Assembly (NCBI GenBank): GCA_025603075.1
Contig: MU626323.1
Span: 42,135 to 106,134 of the forward strand
Length of the DNA: 64,000 bases
Reading direction: 5' to 3'
Source of the DNA: Neoconidiobolus thromboides FSU 785
Lineage: Eukaryota; Fungi; Entomophthoromycota
Position 1 is the stretch's first letter; every line of letters starts with the position of its first letter. The position numbers and the translations under genes were made by a program. The notes beneath the pieces were generated by a model. That model was given only the letters and a program-made list of their open reading frames with translations. It had not been told where the DNA came from and searched no databases. Positions 36,198-47,598 of the stretch are shown here, piece by piece.

Positions 36198-38687
36198 TTA
36201 TTGAGGTGCAAATCCTATGGTACTTCCAACACGAAGCTATAAAGTAATTAGTACTAATAAGATTAGAATTTTAAAAAATCTTACCAAAGTTTCTAATCTC
36301 TTTGAAGAGTTTCTAACTAAATCAGCATCAAAATTGATTGTTCCCTTTTGGAATAAAACTAAGATGGTTGATCCACCAAATGCAAAATAACCATGCTCAT
36401 CCATACGCTGGATTGGTTGATTTGGTACTGAAGTTAATACAATGGAGCCTACCATCATAGCACCAACACAAATCATACCAACTTTACCATGATGCTCTGA
36501 TTTTATAAATGAAAAGCAACGTTTGTTTTCACCATAAACATCTAAACTAGATCTAATTGCCATTGGGTTAACTGTAAAGTATTGTCCATCAATATGAGTA
36601 GGCTCAGACAAAATACCATCAACTGGAATATGAAAACGATGATAATCTTGTGGTGCAAGTCTAAAAATACACATAGAACCTTGTTCAAAAGAAGCTAATT
36701 CTTCTGGCGGAAGTTTATTGTCAAAAAGTCGCTCAATTGAGAATTTTTCTCCTTTTATCCATAAATCTAAAGCATTACTAATAGTGGGGAATACCATAAC
36801 TCTTGAATCAGCAGGAGATACAGCCACTTTAGGATCTGGTGAGCCTAAAATGCGGTATCCTGGCTTAAGTTTACGATAGAAAAACTCATTAAAGTTTTTA
36901 AAGGTTTCTAATGGATCAAGGATTTCTTCACGACTCAATTTGTGGAACTCAATAAAAGGCTCGATTTCTTTTACAGAATTAGGATCATTAAACTTTTTAC
37001 CTTGTTTTACTGACATTGAGTATAAAATTCTTTTAATATGCGAGTTTTCCGCTGGTGAAATTGAACCTTTGTATAACAAACGAATTCCAAGTTTAATGTA
37101 TGTTGGCATTTTCTCCTCAATCATTTCACCTGTCTCTCTATCCTGTACTAAAATATTTGCATTATTCTCACCTACCTTATATTCACCATAACCAACATAT
37201 TTTGCAATCTTTGTAAACCATTTACGTTGTGCATGTGCTTCAGTAATAAAGTTACCCATCACTATACGATCTACTTTACTTGGATCTTTTGATGCGCAAA
37301 CAGCAATATGACTCACTACATTTAAGTCATGATTTAAGTTGCCAATTTTTTTACGACAGATAGGACAAGCTTCAAGCTTGAATAATTGTTCTGGGCTACC
37401 TTCACCAGCATGTGTTACTAGATCCTCTAAGCAGTCAGAAAGTTCGGAGAAAGTAAGCTCATCTTTATCGTTGTCTTTACCAAACCTTGTAAAAAATTTA
37501 TTTATGTCTTCTTCGTTTATATTAACATCCAAACTAGCTAACATAGTACTAATTTCGGTTTTATTCATATTTCCATTTTCATCTGCATCATAAGTTTTAG
37601 TGAGTGCTACCCAAAAATCACGTCTAACTTGTTCAAATGGGACAAATTGAGCACGAATTAGAAGTTGCGACATAAATCTTTCTTTTAAGAAAGAAGAAGT
37701 AAGCTCAATAGGCAATGGAAAGGCTCTACCGATAGAAGCAGTAACATCAGTAACTTCAGGGGTTTCAGTAGGTTCGCTACTTAAACTTGAAGCAGCAAGA
37801 ATTGTATTAAATGGAATATTTGCGCTTCCAACAAAATCATTATTTGAAAATTTATCATAATCATAAACGGAGAATTTGATTGAAAAGCTTTGATTTTCTG
37901 GTGTAACCTGGAAAACAAGCCTTTCATTCCAAACTGGATTTAAATTATGTCTAATTGTTGATGTCTTAGAGGTAGTAGAACCAAATGATACAACGACAAA
38001 CGGATCCATATCAAAAGTAGTGCCAGTAGCATTCTTATCAAATGGTAAATCACTTGCGGATATAACGTCAATATAAAGCAATCCTTTACTATTATTTAAA
38101 TTATTTATGTCAGTTTCTGAGGCTGAGTTAGTATTTAAGCTTAAAGAATCATTGGTAATAGTCAAAGATTCTAAAGAGCGAGACATATTTAATGAATTGT
38201 AAAATGATTTAAGTATATATAATTGACTATCATCTACTATGTGAAATCCCATGTTAAAGCGAATTTCTCCAGAAATCGTATCTTCTTCAACTCTTCTTTG
38301 TAAAGTATACCATTGTGCGCTTGCTGGGTTATCATCAAATATTTTTGGATTACCTTCTTCATCAAATAAAGTTAATAAAGGTAATTTTATCTCACCCATA
38401 AAATCTTTGGAAATGGTATCTTTGTCCCAACATGTAATTTTAGCCAAAGCTGGAAAGTTGTTTAAATCCGGTGCTAGCTCAAGTACTTCATACCAGTCGG
38501 GATTTAATGTCTTTTTAATAAATTTTGACTTTACCTTTACTTTATCTATCTTTACAGTTACAAATGGATCGGAGTAACCATTTAAATCTTTAGGAGCCAA
38601 ATTTCGTCCTTGTAACAGATGTATTCTTATAGTAGGCTGACTCATATTATTTATTGAAGTAGAAGATGAACTCTTTTTAAAAAGCAT
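36198..38687 (-). CDS. PSD2: Phosphatidylserine decarboxylase 2 (two C2 domains, EF-hand, PSD domain)
   Basis: C2 motifs (LAPKDLNGYSDPFV; FDMDPFVVVSFG), TYDADENG EF-hand, FNEFFYRKLKP, FRLAPQDYHRFH, and the self-cleavage site FGGST. A short last exon (LRVGSTIGFAPQ*) ends at 36198 after a GTAAGA...TAG intron. Confidence 0.93.
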
Positions 38688-39379
38688 TGGGAGGAAAATA
38701 GAAAAGGAATTTTTATCGTGTTTTTATTATATAGCGGAGGAATTTTGAATAACATTACCAATTAAATGATTTTTGCATTTTCGGTGACATAATAAGTAAA
38801 TATTTACCAACTATTTAAGAAATGGTAGCTTTTAAGTGGATTTTATAAAGAAAAAAAATAACATTACGGCATCATTTTAAAAAAATATAATACATTATTT
38901 AAAGTAACACGATATTATAAATATTCCAATTTTAATATTAGATATGATATGATCTATCAAAAAAACCCTTTAATATAAATAACATTAATCTATTCAACTG
39001 TTCTTTAATTAAACTTAAATAAAGAATCATTTTATAATGTTATTATATTTAATTAACATTTAAGGAATTATCAAACTTTATACCAGAATAATGATCATAA
39101 AATATCACTCCAAATACAGTCCAAATAAAAGTTTATCCATTTTGTTAATTTATTGTATAAAATTTATTCTATTTTAATATTAAGGCCTATATTTTCTTTA
39201 TAACTGCTATAATATTTACTTAATATACATGTTTGATTTTTTCAGTTGATGGGAATTCCATATATATTATATAATCAATAGATTGTAAATATGATATAGC
39301 AACTTAACATTGATTTAAATAAATGTTAGGAATTTAGTTATTAAATAGTTTAAGAAATATATTACATTTTTTAAAAAAC

Positions 39380-39468
39380 AGGGACGTATTTTTCATTTTA
39401 CTAATAATCTTTCTATTCAAATAGCGCTTAAAAGATAGAAAAAGTGATGAAATTAAAAAAATATTCTA
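39380..39468 (+). mobile_element. Degenerate MITE copy
   Basis: AGGGACGTATTTTT...CAAATAGCGCTTAAAAGATAGAAAAAGTGATGAAATT, with an internal deletion. Confidence 0.65.
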
Positions 39469-39794
39469 ATATGTTAAAAGGGGATGAACTCTTAAGTGGT
39501 TTATTACTAGAAGTGGAAATAAGTAAAAGTTAAGGTCAGAGAAAGTTAAACTGAGAATGGTAGAGGGGTAGAAGGATTAAATATCAAACAATAGTTCATA
39601 TTCATTTATAGTAGAATAGCCGCATTTATATATATTAACATTTTTGCATAGAAGTTTTATCATTATTTTAATTTATTTTACTGACATTTAAATAGAGCTT
39701 CAATGAATTTGCATAAAAAATAAATACAATTTTTAGATAAAATAATCATTTTTTAAAATTAATCATATTAAATGTATAAAACCAAATTAAATAT

Positions 39795-39889
39795 GGGGGT
39801 GTTTTAGCTTCATTACTTTTTCCATCTTTTAAGCACTATTTGAGCGGAAAAGTTATTAGTAAAATTCTTAAACACAAAAATCCATCCCC
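39795..39889 (-). mobile_element. MITE copy (reverse), TSD ATAT/ATAT
   Basis: ATAT-GGGGGTGTTTTAG...AAAAATCCATCCCC-ATAT. Confidence 0.85.
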
Positions 39890-40696
39890 ATATACTTTGA
39901 ATATTTTTGAATTTAAATGATTGTAAAATTAATTAATTATATATGATAAAATTCAGGAATAGAATCATACTTAATGGATCAATGAAGTCAAAAATAGGAT
40001 AGGATTTATAGAAGTTAGTAAAGAATTCCACTATTTTCCAATTAAAGCCTGTCATAAAACTGAGGATTAGTTCTTTGATTGTCCTTTTTTTTTGTTGTTG
40101 TGTGCAAATCGAGATACAGAGAACTTAGATTCAGTGTATATGATGCATAAGCAATTGTGATAGAGCTCTGTGGGGGGTAAGAGTCAGAGAATGGAATATT
40201 AGCTCAGTATGTAAGGAATAAATGAAGAGCAAGGTTAAGCTAATCTATGGAGCATAGGGGGTATCATCTCGTAAGGTATATTATCTCATAGAGGCCTGTC
40301 GTCCATTGGAGGTATGAGAGAATCAAATTGAGGGAGCTATGATGGAATGGAAGAGATACCTTCAAATAGATAGTCATAGAGAAGAGGTAAAAGAATATAG
40401 AATGAATCTATGGTTTAGGTTTTCATTAGGAGCAAGGTATAATATGAAACCACTATGGGACTAAGGGAAAAAGTGGATGCGTCTTGAACCTAAAGCATAT
40501 ATCCTATTGCATATTGACTATATTCAGAATTTCAGCCTAGATAAAATTTGAGAGTTTATCATGATGAAGACTGTGATAGAGTTCATATATGTATAGTATT
40601 AATATATATAATGGTATAACTATATAACTATATAACTATATAACTATATCCAAAGTTATGAAAATCTAAAGTTCAATATTGATAAAACCAAAATGT

Positions 40697-40791
40697 GGGG
40701 ATGTATTTTTTTTAAGAATTTTACAAAAATTATCATATTTAAATAGTGCTTAAAAAATGGAAAAAGTAATAAAATCAAAAAAAACATTCCT
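40697..40791 (+). mobile_element. MITE copy
   Basis: ATGT-GGGGATGTATTTTT...AAAAACATTCCT-ATAT. Confidence 0.75.
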
Positions 40792-41566
40792 ATATAACAT
40801 GTATTTTTATAATAAAAAATATAGGTAATATTAAGTTAAAATTATATTATAAATTGATAGAGCATTTTATGATTAGTTTAAAGATAGTTAAATATTAAAC
40901 TTATTGATTTAAAGTTATAATAATAAGTAAAATCTTTATTTACTCTTTTATTCCCTTAAAATTATAATAGTATAACGAAATATTTCTTTCAATGTATATC
41001 TATGTAAATAGTAGAACACAGTAATTAAATACTTTGAGAAAGTTGATTTCTAATCTAATATGATAAAAACAGATTAACTGCAAAATAATTACAATAGACT
41101 TTTTATACTTTTAATACTAATAGATGTAAAGTAATAATTCATAATATTTAAAAGCAGTAAATTATCTTTTTAACTATTCACATAATGAATGCGTGTAATC
41201 AAATCATAAGATTAAATTTTTGGTCACTGTTTTATAAACAATAAAACCTATGATTGAATAATATGATTGATTAAAATTTACTAGTGATAAAGTTAACTAA
41301 ATAAGAATATTCTTCTCGATTTTATTAAATGATAATTCATTATAATAAATTATTACAGCTGACTAATAACATGTAAAAGCACATTAATATTAGACGTCTA
41401 TTAAAAAGTCATTAAAGGCTGATGATAGTTCATAATTAAATTCTTTGTATCACTTGTTCTTCAATACTGTCATATTACTTTTTATTATTGATCCTCTCGT
41501 ATGAAAATATAGTATAAAACTAAACACTAAGAAGTATTAGAAGTAAAAATATCAAAAACAAATAAA

Positions 41567-42658
41567 ATGAAATTGATTCAACTCGTATTGGCTTCCTTAT
41601 TGAGCTTTACCTTAGCTGAAACTGCTGTCAACAATGAAGGTAAAAGATTAATCCAATTAAGTGAAAATGAACCTGCTGTATTAATGACAGATGATGAGGT
41701 ATTAACCAAACTCATTCAAAAACAAAAGCATTTCTTTGATATCACTGACTTAAAAGATTCCAGAGTTAGTCCATGGACTCCAACTAACAAAGCTTTACCT
41801 ACTACTTTTAAATATCAAACTTTCGTAAAGCCCCTTTACAATAACATTAATATTGATAGGATGAAATCATTTTTAACTTCTTACTCTAACTTCAACAATA
41901 GATACTATAAAGTACAATCTGGTGCTGATGCTTCTAATTGGTTATTAAGTCAGATTAAACAATCAATTACTACTACTGGTTATACTGGTCCAATTACAGT
42001 AGAAAACTTTAGTCACTCTTTTCTTCAAAAATCTATTATTGTACGTATCACTGGTAGTGACGCCACCTTAAAAGATGAAATTGTCGTCATTGGTGCTCAT
42101 CTTGACTCTATCAATCAATCAAACCCAACCAGTGGTAGAGCTCCTGGTGCTGATGATGATGGCTCTGGCACTACTCTTAATGTAGAAACAATAAGAGTAT
42201 TATTAGCTGCCAACTTTCGTCCAAAACGTACAGTAGAATTCCACTTTTACGCTGGTGAAGAAGGAGGTTTATTAGGCTCTCAAGCAATTGCACAATCCTA
42301 CTCAAACCAACAAAAAAATGTGATTGCTATGACTCAATTTGATATGGTCGGTTATCTATCCACTCAAAACTTGATTGGATTCGTAACAGATTATACTAAT
42401 GCTGAATTAACTGAATTATTAAGAAAAGCAGTTACTGAATACTGTTCTTATGGTTATATGAATAAGAAATGTGGTTATGCTTGTTCTGATCATGCTTCTT
42501 GGAATAAATATGGCTACAAATCTGCTTTTCCTTTTGAAGATAAATCCAATCCTAATATTCATACTACTCAAGATACTTTAGCTTATGTTAATTTTAATCA
42601 CATTAAGGAGTTTGTTAAACTAGCTATTGCCTTTTTAGTCGAAGTAGGAGAAATTTAG
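41567..42658 (+). CDS. Secreted M28 leucine aminopeptidase (copy 2), intronless
   Basis: Signal peptide, LAP propeptide (RLIQLSENEP...FFDITD), GAHLDS, GADDDGSG, AGEEGGLLGS, QFDMVG and CGYACSDH. Confidence 0.93.
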   Translation: MKLIQLVLASLLSFTLAETAVNNEGKRLIQLSENEPAVLMTDDEVLTKLIQKQKHFFDITDLKDSRVSPWTPTNKALPTTFKYQTFVKPLYNNINIDRMKSFLTSYSNFNNRYYKVQSGADASNWLLSQIKQSITTTGYTGPITVENFSHSFLQKSIIVRITGSDATLKDEIVVIGAHLDSINQSNPTSGRAPGADDDGSGTTLNVETIRVLLAANFRPKRTVEFHFYAGEEGGLLGSQAIAQSYSNQQKNVIAMTQFDMVGYLSTQNLIGFVTDYTNAELTELLRKAVTEYCSYGYMNKKCGYACSDHASWNKYGYKSAFPFEDKSNPNIHTTQDTLAYVNFNHIKEFVKLAIAFLVEVGEI

Positions 42659-43266
42659 AAAAATAAAATTTTATCATTTAGAGATGTTTTTTACTAATTG
42701 TCTATTTTTGTTATCTTTTAAAATTTAAAAATTAATTCAGCTACTGTTTAATTTGAATATGTACTGATTAACTATTCATTTTCTAACAAAAAATTAAACA
42801 TTAAACTATAAATATTACCATAATGATTCAAATAGTTGATTATAAAACTTATTATTAATTGGCACATATTCACTTAAACAACTAGATTAGTTTTCTAAAT
42901 TTAAAAAGTAGCAAAAAAGGCCAATTAGTAAGAAACATTCCCATTTATTATATAAATTTCTTTTCATTAGTTCCATCTTAATATATTTTTAAAGTTGTTA
43001 TTTTAATCTAGTTTTAAATTGATGTGTATTATTTTGAAGTTTTTAAAAAAAATCTGTTCAAAGGCCGTGTAAATTATATTAGTCATAATAAGCATTTAAA
43101 ACTTAATAAGCTATTTTATGATAAAGTTGGTTTTTAAAAAAGATAGTTCTTAAACAAGGTTTGATATTTATAAAAGTAAATACCCAAAATATATTAAAAA
43201 GCAATAAAATAAGGAATCTACGAGAAGATAATTTATTTGACAAAAAGTAAAAAAAAAACAAAAAGT

Positions 43267-43539
43267 TTACTCATCCTTTTTCATATTCAAGGAAGTACCA
43301 ATCCTGTGCATCATATCAGGATGTAACCTAACTTTATGTTCTTTAACACTACGTTCTTTAAAATCGAGATGTGAGTTCTCTTGAGGAACTAAACTTTGTA
43401 GAAAAGAAGCTCTTGAATTATATAGAGTATAAGCACCAATAGCAGCTCCACCAGAAAGTACAGCAACTAATGGAAAGATCTCGGGATCAACACGCCAATG
43501 TAATAAAGAAGTAGCACGACGAGCAGATTTAAATATCAT
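43267..43539 (-). CDS. Small single-TM mitochondrial protein, NDUFA4/B12D-like
   Basis: DPEIFPLVAVLSGGAAIGAYTLY resembles the B12D/NDUFA4 ELxPL...G motif; clean 90-aa ORF with coding-like composition. Confidence 0.5.
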   Translation of the reverse strand: MIFKSARRATSLLHWRVDPEIFPLVAVLSGGAAIGAYTLYNSRASFLQSLVPQENSHLDFKERSVKEHKVRLHPDMMHRIGTSLNMKKDE

Positions 43540-44764
43540 TTTTGGTTAATAGTATAATGAGTTGTTGTAAATAGTTATTTAGTTTCAATCGTGTTCACAA
43601 AAAATAATTTTTAGTTCTTGGATTGTAAATCAGAGGTTTATATACTTTTCAATTTCTATAATCTCATGGCAGTGCGATTTTATTGAAAAAACTAGGTTTC
43701 AGATCCATCAATGCAATGTCACACATCTTTTAAACGAAGTTTTGATTAGATTATATTTAGTAAGGTTAAATTTAATCATGACATAGTACTAATTTATGTA
43801 TTATTACTTCATTTGTAATATTCTAATATTTAATACTATGCTAATACTGATATTTGATATATTATTAATATACAGTTTTAATGATAGTGAATAACTTTTA
43901 AGAGATTGAAATAAAATTGAAATTTTAAATGCATGATAATACTTATTCATAACTAAATTGAATGCTATCTTATGTTTTAGTTATCAACGTGAGTAAAAAA
44001 AACTTTATCGGCTTAAGATAGGTTATTCGATCAATAGTTAATATTAGTATCTATTGTAATTCTTTTATGACTTTTTTAGTAATAATTTTTATAAAAAATA
44101 TATTTTTACAAATAATTTTTAAAACCTAATCTACATATTATATTAAAATTTTAACATAATTTTTTTTCTTAAATAAATAAATAATTAGATCTCAAAAAAA
44201 TTGCAGTACTATAATTTTTATTGAAAAGATCCAAATTAAAGTTAAAATTAGTTTGATTCCAAAAGAGAATTTTCTAGCTTCAAATCAAGTTAAATATCTC
44301 ATTAAATTTGCATAAACTTATATTTTATTAAATCTTATCGGTTTATATGCTAATATCGAGATTTTACTTTAAAAATAATTTAATGGTATGATAATTTATT
44401 ATAATTACTTCATTGTTAAATAATATAAGGGAACCTCAAACTTTATTTTATTTTTAATATTTTATTTTTTTTAATTTTATAAAAAATACTATTTAATTCC
44501 AAGATCATCATAAAATTAATTATCATTACGATAATTTATTAAATAATTACCAAATTTATTATTTTAAATATTTAACTCATTCAACTTGTCTCTTTTATCA
44601 TTATCATGAAATAAAACATTCATTTTAATTAATTATTATAAACAATAAGTTTTAATAATAATGATTTAATATATCCATGTACAATATATTTATTGCACTC
44701 TTAATTAACTTTGCAAACCTTTCTTTAACTCATAGTACCTCGATCTAGCTTTTGTTTAAGATCT

Positions 44765-44863
44765 GGGGATGTATTTTTGTGTCTAAGAATTTTGCTAATA
44801 ATTTTTCCGTTCAAACAGTGTTTAAAAGATGGAAAAAGTAATGAAGATAAAAAAAACACTCAT
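44765..44863 (+). mobile_element. MITE copy
   Basis: ATCT-GGGGATGTATTTTTGTGTC...AAAAAAACACTCAT; right end mutated. Confidence 0.8.
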
Positions 44864-45625
44864 ATATTACTTTCGTGTATTTTGCTTTTTTTACCACTAG
44901 TAACTACCATCATAGTTTGAATTATTCATTAACAATATTAAATTATTTTTAAATTTTTAGCATATTTCTTTTACAAAGTTATTCTAAAAAAGGGTCTTTA
45001 CACTCTTTTTCCTGACTTATCTACTCAATGGAAGAAGTTAAATCTCATGTTAACTCTCTTGATTCTAACACTTTAATTTTAAATCATGGCACACATTTCC
45101 TTTAAACTTCTATGTATATAATCATTCTTTTTTTTGAATTATGTAATCAAAGTATAGTTAAAGTTAAAAAGCTAAGTTAAATCTTTTTATTTAAACTTAG
45201 AGGATTTATTTTAGTTATATTAATTTTTTAAATAATTAATCTTTTCAATTTTTTATACTATTTTTGTTAAATATTTAATAGATATATAATGTATAAATAT
45301 ATAGCTACTTAATTTTATCTTTTATTGAGATAAAAATAAAATGTAAGTTTTTATAATTAAATTTTAAGATAGAATTTTATAAAATTTTAATATAATAAAA
45401 AGAAGCACATTATATAAACATTGGAATTTATTTACATTAATTTTAATATTTATAATAACCCAGAGTTTATGGAATTTTATAAAATAAAATAAAATAAAAT
45501 AAAAATAATTAAAGTTTACTGTTGATAATAAATTTAAGCAAATAATATATAAAATTAATGCTTTAAAGAGAACAAAAAACAAAAGCTAACAAGTAGAATT
45601 ATTATCAGCTATAACTTTAGTATAT

Positions 45626-45828
45626 GGGGATGTTTCTTTTAGCCTCAACATTTTTTCCATCTTTTAAGCGCTATTTGAGTGGAAAAAATGTTAGTAAAAT
45701 TTTTAAATACAAAAATACATCCACATATGGTGGTGTTTTTTTTGGTTTTATCACTTTTTATCATTTCTTAGATCATGTTTGAGCGAAAAAACTATTAGTA
45801 AAATTCTTAAATAAAAAAACACATCCTC
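45626..45828 (-). mobile_element. Tandem pair of MITE copies (45626-45724 and 45729-45828) sharing a central ATAT
   Basis: ATAT-GGGGATG...CATCCAC-ATAT-GGTGGTG...CATCCTC-ATAT. Confidence 0.8.
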
Positions 45829-45886
45829 ATATACTAAGTAATTTTAAAAATACAACAAAGACAGATTTGTACAATATATATGCCTA

Positions 45887-46147
45887 TGTGAAACCTGGTA
45901 CTTGGTGGTTAAAGTCAAAAACAATTTTTATTTGATTGAATAGCTGTAAGTCGAAAGACCTTAGTTTATATAACTAAAGTAGACTTGAATCATGAACAAT
46001 AGCACATAATATGCTACAGGGTATGTAAAACAAACAAGATGGACAATTTTACTGTAAAACTTATATAAAATACTATTAGAAAGGTTTAGTGACTTTATTA
46101 AAGGTATGATATCAGGGAATAATTTAGCCAAAAAGCTTTGAATTATC
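45887..46147 (+). mobile_element. Solo-LTR-like element, older truncated copy (C)
   Basis: TGTGAAACCTGGTACTTGG... follows copy A through GATATCAGGGAATAATTTAG..AAAAAGC, then stops at an ATAT followed by a MITE end. Confidence 0.65.
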
Positions 46148-46151
46148 ATAT

Positions 46152-46169
46152 GGGGATGTATTTTTGTGT
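46152..46169 (+). mobile_element. MITE 5' end (18 bp) cut by solo-LTR copy B
   Basis: ATAT-GGGGATGTATTTTTGTGT abuts TGTGAAAT. Confidence 0.7.
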
Positions 46170-46739
46170 TGTGAAATATCGCTTTGTCAGTCCCATGGTT
46201 AATTATAGCATAACAATCGCCTAAGCTGTTGTGTTCTTGAGTTCAGAGACAATTAATCCCGTGCTCTTAGTTTGATTTGCTATGAGAATTTCTAGCTCCA
46301 TCTCAAAAAATATTTATTATCTGGGAGTGTTTCTTTTGACTTCATTATTTTTTCCATTTTTTAAGCGCTATTTGAGCGGAAAATTTGTTAGTAAAACTCT
46401 TAAATACAAAAATACATCCCCATCTTCTCATTTTGATATCTATACTTTTCAGAGTATAAAAGAGTTTACAGAGTATAGTAGTTCGAGGCTTTTTAACTGA
46501 ATTATTCCCTGATATCTCAAACATTTAATAAAGCCACTAAGTTTTCTTAGTAGTATTTTACGTAGATTTACATTAGTATTGTCTATTCTACTTGTTTTAC
46601 ATAGTCTGTAGCCTACTACGTGCTATTCTTCACAATTCAAGTCTATCTTAGTCACATAAACTAAGACCTTTCGACTTATAGTGTAGTCAACCCAGTAATA
46701 GCTGTTCTTGACTCCAAACCCTGAGTACCAGATTTCATA
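46170..46739 (-). mobile_element. Solo-LTR-like element (copy B, reverse) carrying a MITE insertion
   Basis: On + it begins TGTGAAAT and ends ATTTCATA. It is 570 bp, or 467 bp after removing the 99-bp MITE and one 4-bp TSD, and is colinear with copy A. Confidence 0.78.
46323..46421 (-). mobile_element. MITE copy inside solo-LTR B, TSD ATCT/ATCT
   Basis: ATCT-GGGAGTGTT...AATACATCCCC-ATCT. The matching site in copy A carries a single ATCT. Confidence 0.9.
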
Positions 46740-46860
46740 ATTTATAAAGTTTATAAAAATTAATATAATAAAATTAATAGTTTAAACAATAACAATAAAA
46801 TAGATCTAATTTTTAAAGAGTATAAAAAACAAAATACAAAAAATAATAATAAACTATATT

Positions 46861-46954
46861 GGGGATGTATTTTTTTAAAATTTTACCAATAATCTTTTCA
46901 TTTAAGTAGGCTTTAAAAGATAGAAAAAGTGATGAAACCAAAAAAAATATCCCC
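46861..46954 (+). mobile_element. MITE copy
   Basis: GGGGATGTATTTTT...AAAAAAATATCCCC-ATAT. Confidence 0.8.
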
Positions 46955-47393
46955 ATATATTTATTTACATACTACAACTTTGATTAATATTAATACATAG
47001 GTTATGCTAATAAAAGCCTTACTAATCTAGAGATTTCTATTAAATTTAGTAGAAATTCTGTTAACTTATAATATAAATTATAATAAAATTAAAACTGTAC
47101 TAAGTATTTTTGCTTTTTAATATAAAAAAATTCTCTAAATAATTTTAAGTAAAGTTTTTAAAATATTAAAAATTGGATAAAAAAATGAAACTAATGTGGA
47201 TATCCCCGTATGCTTAGTTATAAAGGCTAAAGACTAAAGATTAAAGACTTTATATAAAAAATTAAAGAAGGAATAAAAGCATTCTATAAAGATCAAAAGA
47301 GATTAATAAATATAGCTTTAGAAGCCCTATAGATATTTGATACTAAAATACTAAATAATTTAAGGATGTTCCTTACTATATAAACGAATATAT

Positions 47394-47491
47394 GAGGATA
47401 CCTTTTTTTGTTTAAGTATTTTACTAATAAATTTCCCTTCAATAGAGCTTAAAAAATGAGAAATAAATGAAACCCAACAAGATGCTCTCTC
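47394..47491 (+). mobile_element. Degenerate MITE copy
   Basis: ATAT-GAGGATACC...TTTAAGTATTTTACTAATAAATTTCCCTTCAATAGAGCTTAAAAAATG. Confidence 0.6.
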
Positions 47492-47598
47492 ATAATAAAT
47501 TCTTTTAGAAAAACCAACTTTTTGCATCTTTTTAAAAAGAGTGGTTTTCAAAACATTATTTTTAAAAAATTACACTCTTTATTTTTCTATTTTCAATT

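Noticed and set aside
40110-40560. Purine-rich stretch resembling a retroelement relic
   Set aside because: Stop-ridden with no recognisable RT, RNase H or integrase motif; too weak to call.
45364-47551. Short ORFs such as 9807-9998, 45364-45582, 46282-46500, 47360-47551 and 55537-55719
   Set aside because: They overlap MITE copies or AT-rich spacer; the recurring LFFPFFKRYLS peptide is just the translated MITE.
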